NCBI RefSeq assembly: GCF_036971445.1
Contig: NC_091482.1
Location: forward strand, 2,728,001-2,792,000
Source: Narcine bancroftii
Lineage: Eukaryota
Length of the DNA: 64,000 nt
Direction: 5' to 3'
The notes below the pieces were generated by a model that saw nothing but the letters and a program-made list of their open reading frames with translations, was not told where the DNA came from and ran no database searches. The position numbers were made by a program, and so were the translations under genes. This document shows, in pieces, positions 60,745 to 64,000 of the stretch (position 1 is its first letter; each line of letters begins with the position of its first letter).

Positions 60745-61800
60745 CACCATCTACAAATTTGCTGACGATACCATGGTAGGGGGTTGTATAAAGGAAGGGA
60801 ATGAGTTAGCATGCAGGATGGAGATCGAAAACTTGGCTGAATGGTGCACCAACAGCAGCCTTGCACTCAATGCCACCAAAACTAAGGAGCTGATTGTTGG
60901 CTTCAGGAAAGGAAAGCTAGAGGTTTTCAATCCTGTGATCATTGGGGGATCAGAGGTGTAGAGGGTGAGCAATTTTAAATTCTTGGGAGTCACTATCTTG
61001 GAGGATCTTTCCTGGACTCAACACACCAATAGCATCCTGAAGAAAGCACGTCAGCACCTCTACTTCCCCAGGAGTCAGTGGAGGTTTCGTATGACACCAG
61101 AAATCCTGGCAAATTTCTTCAATTATCTGAAAAATTTTAAATCCGAAACAAATCTGAAATCCTCATTTATCCAAAATTTCTTTGGAGCCGAACTGACCAG
61201 GGACCTTGGGCTCCTGGGGGGACGTCAGGCTCCTGGCAGGAGTGGGCCTCGGTGGGAAGATGTTGGTGATCGGCGGCAGCCAGCATTTTTTTTTGTGAGA
61301 ATTAAACATTATTTTAATTCTTTAAAAACCTTCCCTTCTTGTTTGTTGTTGTGATTTGCTATTGCTACTGGGCTGTTTAAAAAAAAAAAAAGGACCAGTT
61401 CTCCGAAAAAACCGTATATCTGACATAGACCCGAGTTGTACTGTGCATCTACAGGGAACACTGCTGTTGGAGAGCAGCAGCAATCACCAAGGACCCACCC
61501 CACCCAGCACATACTCTGTTCTCGCTGCTGCCATCAGACTCCTCAACAACCAACTCAATCAGGGACCATTTAAGGACTCTTTCTTGTGCACTTCATCGAT
61601 TTTCTTTTTGTTCTCTCTGTATTGTACTACAGTTTGTTTACATTCATTATCTGTTTACAGTTCTTTGTTTACATGTTTACGCTGTGTACAGTTTTTGTCT
61701 GCACTACAAATTAGTGGTAATTCTGCCTTGCCTGCAGGAAAAAAGAATCTCAGGATTGTATGTGATGCCATGTTTGGACTCTAACAATAAATCTGAAATC
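60745..61800 (+). mobile_element. Rex1/Babar-like non-LTR element fragment (interrupted)
   Basis: IYKFADDT..G.I..GNE..CRMEIENLAEWC...KTKELIVGFRK...FKFLGVTILEDLSWTQHTNSILKKARQHLYF; 3' tail AATAAATCTGAAATCTGAA. Confidence 0.8.
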
Positions 61801-63594
61801 TGAAAATACTCCCATTTGCAGTTAGTGAAAAAAATGTGATGTTGCAAGAGTGCAAACAGATTTCTGATGTTCCAGGAAGAGTGCTAGTAATAGGAGCTTC
61901 AAGAGCATGTTCCTGAAGCAACAAGGGTCAGACCTTGGCTTCTCTGCCTCCTTCTTGAAGGTAGCATCAACAGGAGAGTGTGACTCGGGCAATGGAGGGT
62001 GCTCTTTATGACGTTGACTGCCTTACTGAGGCAGTCAATGAAGGGGAGGTCAGTACTGTGATGAATTTGACTAGGTTAGACACTATTTGTAGCTGTCTGT
62101 TTCTTGGGCAGTCTAGTTTCTAAACCAGGCTGTAATGCAACCAGTCATTCTGCTTTCTAATTGTGGAGAAGCACAAAAACTGCAGATGCTGGACTCTTGA
62201 ATGAATGAATGAAGAGAGGTTGGAGGAACGGCAGGTCAGTCAGTATCCATGGAGAGAAATGGTCAAATCATTGTTTTGGGTTGGGGCTCTTTGTTGAGAC
62301 TAAACGAGAAAGGGGAGATAGCAAGTATAAACAGAATGCTGTGGAGATGCTAAGAGGTGATAGGATACTGGACAAGGGAAGGTGGGAGATGTGGTGAGAC
62401 AGGTGGAGGAAGAGACCACAAGGAGGAGGGGAGGTGGTGGTGGTGGGATGAGGAAAGTAGAATGGGAGCAGGTGAAGGATGGATGGAAACAGTAGAACTG
62501 TATTGGAGTAGGTGGGTATCTAAACCTGTGAGAACCCAAAATTCATGTCATTATGTTCTTTGTTGTTCCTCATGTTTACATTTGGCCTCACCCTGGCAAT
62601 GGATGAACCCATGATTGTGTAGGAATGAAGACCTATCCTTCTTTGCTCTCTGCCTCTTCCCCTATCACTTCTCAGATTCTTTCTCGTCTACCCTCTCACC
62701 TGTTAGTTTTTGCTCCTAACCCTTTTCCTCCTCCCTCTCCTGATGTTTTATTTCTGGCATCTGCTTGAATTTCAACGTTCCTGATGAAGAGCTCAGGCCC
62801 AAAACATTGACTGCCTTTTACCTCCTATGGATGCTGCATCATCTGCTGAGTTTCTCGAGCACTTTTGTGCAATCCATGAAATAAATCCCTTTGGCCTCGA
62901 GGTGGTGCCTTCTACAGTTTTAACACTTCTGAATTCTGAAACTGTCCAGACTTTGCTGGCTTAATTTTGCTTTCCCGTTTTATCTCCTCTACCCAAATAG
63001 CATGTCCTCTGTGAGTCAGTGTGACCAAGCAAATCCAGTTCCACGATAGTGAAGGCAATGTCAATAATTTGCTCAGCAAATACAGTCCTACATGGATCTC
63101 TATTCATCATGCAACAACTCACACCAAACTCTGCACAAAGCAGATTATAGCCACTCAGGCTCGATGCAAGCCATCTACATGTGTCATATTTATTTTGGGA
63201 ATGAAGACTATATTCAGTAAAACTCCAGTTCTCTGAAATTTAAGCAACTGGCAACTGCAAGTAACCGGCTTAAAAAAATAGAAGAGCATAAGTAAATAAA
63301 TAATAAAAATGTATGAATAAATAAATCTTTAAACAAAAGTTTAAAACTGTACAAGTAAATGTTCTCTGAAGTAACACATAAACCTTTGGTGAAGATGAGA
63401 GCAAATATTCAGCCAGTGGAGTGCCTTGGTCGTGTTTTGCTTGGAGCAGCTGTTTGAATAAAGTTGTGTTTGAATAAAATGGCATTGCCCAGGATGAAGA
63501 GCTGGTTGATGCCATTTGGCTGTTGGGGTGACTCTCTTAAAGTATCTCCTTATTCCTGTTTAGTAAGAGTCTTTTATTAAGTGTATTAGTAAGT

Positions 63595-64000
63595 CTTTGG
63601 AGACTACACAAAAGAGTCTGGAAAAACAACCACCTGAAGAAACACACAAAGATCAGCGTGTACAGAGCCGTTGTCATACCCACGCTCCTGTTCGGCTCCG
63701 AATCATGGGTCCTCTACCGGCATCACCTTCGGCTCCTATAACGGTTCCATCAGCGCTGTCTCCGTTCCATCCTCAACATTCATTGGAATGACTTCATCAC
63801 CAACATCGAAGTACTCGAGCTGGCAGAGTCCGCAAGCATCGAATCCATGCTGCTGAAGATCCAACTGTGCTGGGTGGGTCACATCTCCAGAATGGAGGAC
63901 CATCGCCTTCCCAAGATCGTGTTCTATGGCGAGCTCTCCACTGGCCACTGAGACAGAGGTGCCCCAAAGAAGAGGTACAAGGACTGCTTAAAGAAATCTC
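63595..64000 (+). mobile_element. RTE-clade LINE, 5'-truncated, running off the window edge
   Basis: Frame from 63601: RLHKRVWKNNHLKKHTKISVYRAVVIPTLLFGSESWVLYRHHLRLL*RFHQRCLRSILNIHWNDFITNIEVLE...QLCWVGHISRMEDHRLPKIVFYGELSTGH*DRGAPKKRYKDCLKKS. Confidence 0.88.

Noticed and set aside
63070-63120. BCAS3 next exon (CAGTCCTACATGGA resembles QSYME)
   Set aside because: The match does not continue into SVVTFLQDVVPQ and lacks a suitable acceptor; the exon is probably beyond the window.

Overview
Eukaryotic, intron-rich vertebrate DNA. The repeat content (HE1/V-SINE-like SINEs, CR1 LINEs, Rex1/Babar-like and Penelope-like fragments, 52-bp and 43-bp minisatellites) points to an elasmobranch, probably a ray (inference). 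Four genes lie on the + strand, in this order. (1) The last three coding exons of flotillin-2 (FLOT2). (2) A complete five-exon pinopsin (pineal opsin) gene that appears broken: a frameshift in exon 1 plus several radical substitutions, including the equivalent of rhodopsin G90D, while its promoter and splice sites are intact. (3) A complete six-exon PPM1D/Wip1 phosphatase (about 520 aa) with a CRE-rich CpG-island promoter and a much-shortened proline-rich loop. (4) The CpG-island promoter and first coding exon of BCAS3, which the ORF track misses. The rest is nested transposon debris, MITEs (including a composite hAT palindrome and a ~410-bp foldback), tandem repeats and one 141-nt assembly gap. 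I found no prokaryote-style system such as CRISPR. The strongest novelty candidate is the apparent pinopsin pseudogene. Homology calls rest on recalled reference proteins, not on database searches, and repeat boundaries are approximate unless TSDs or TIRs are quoted.
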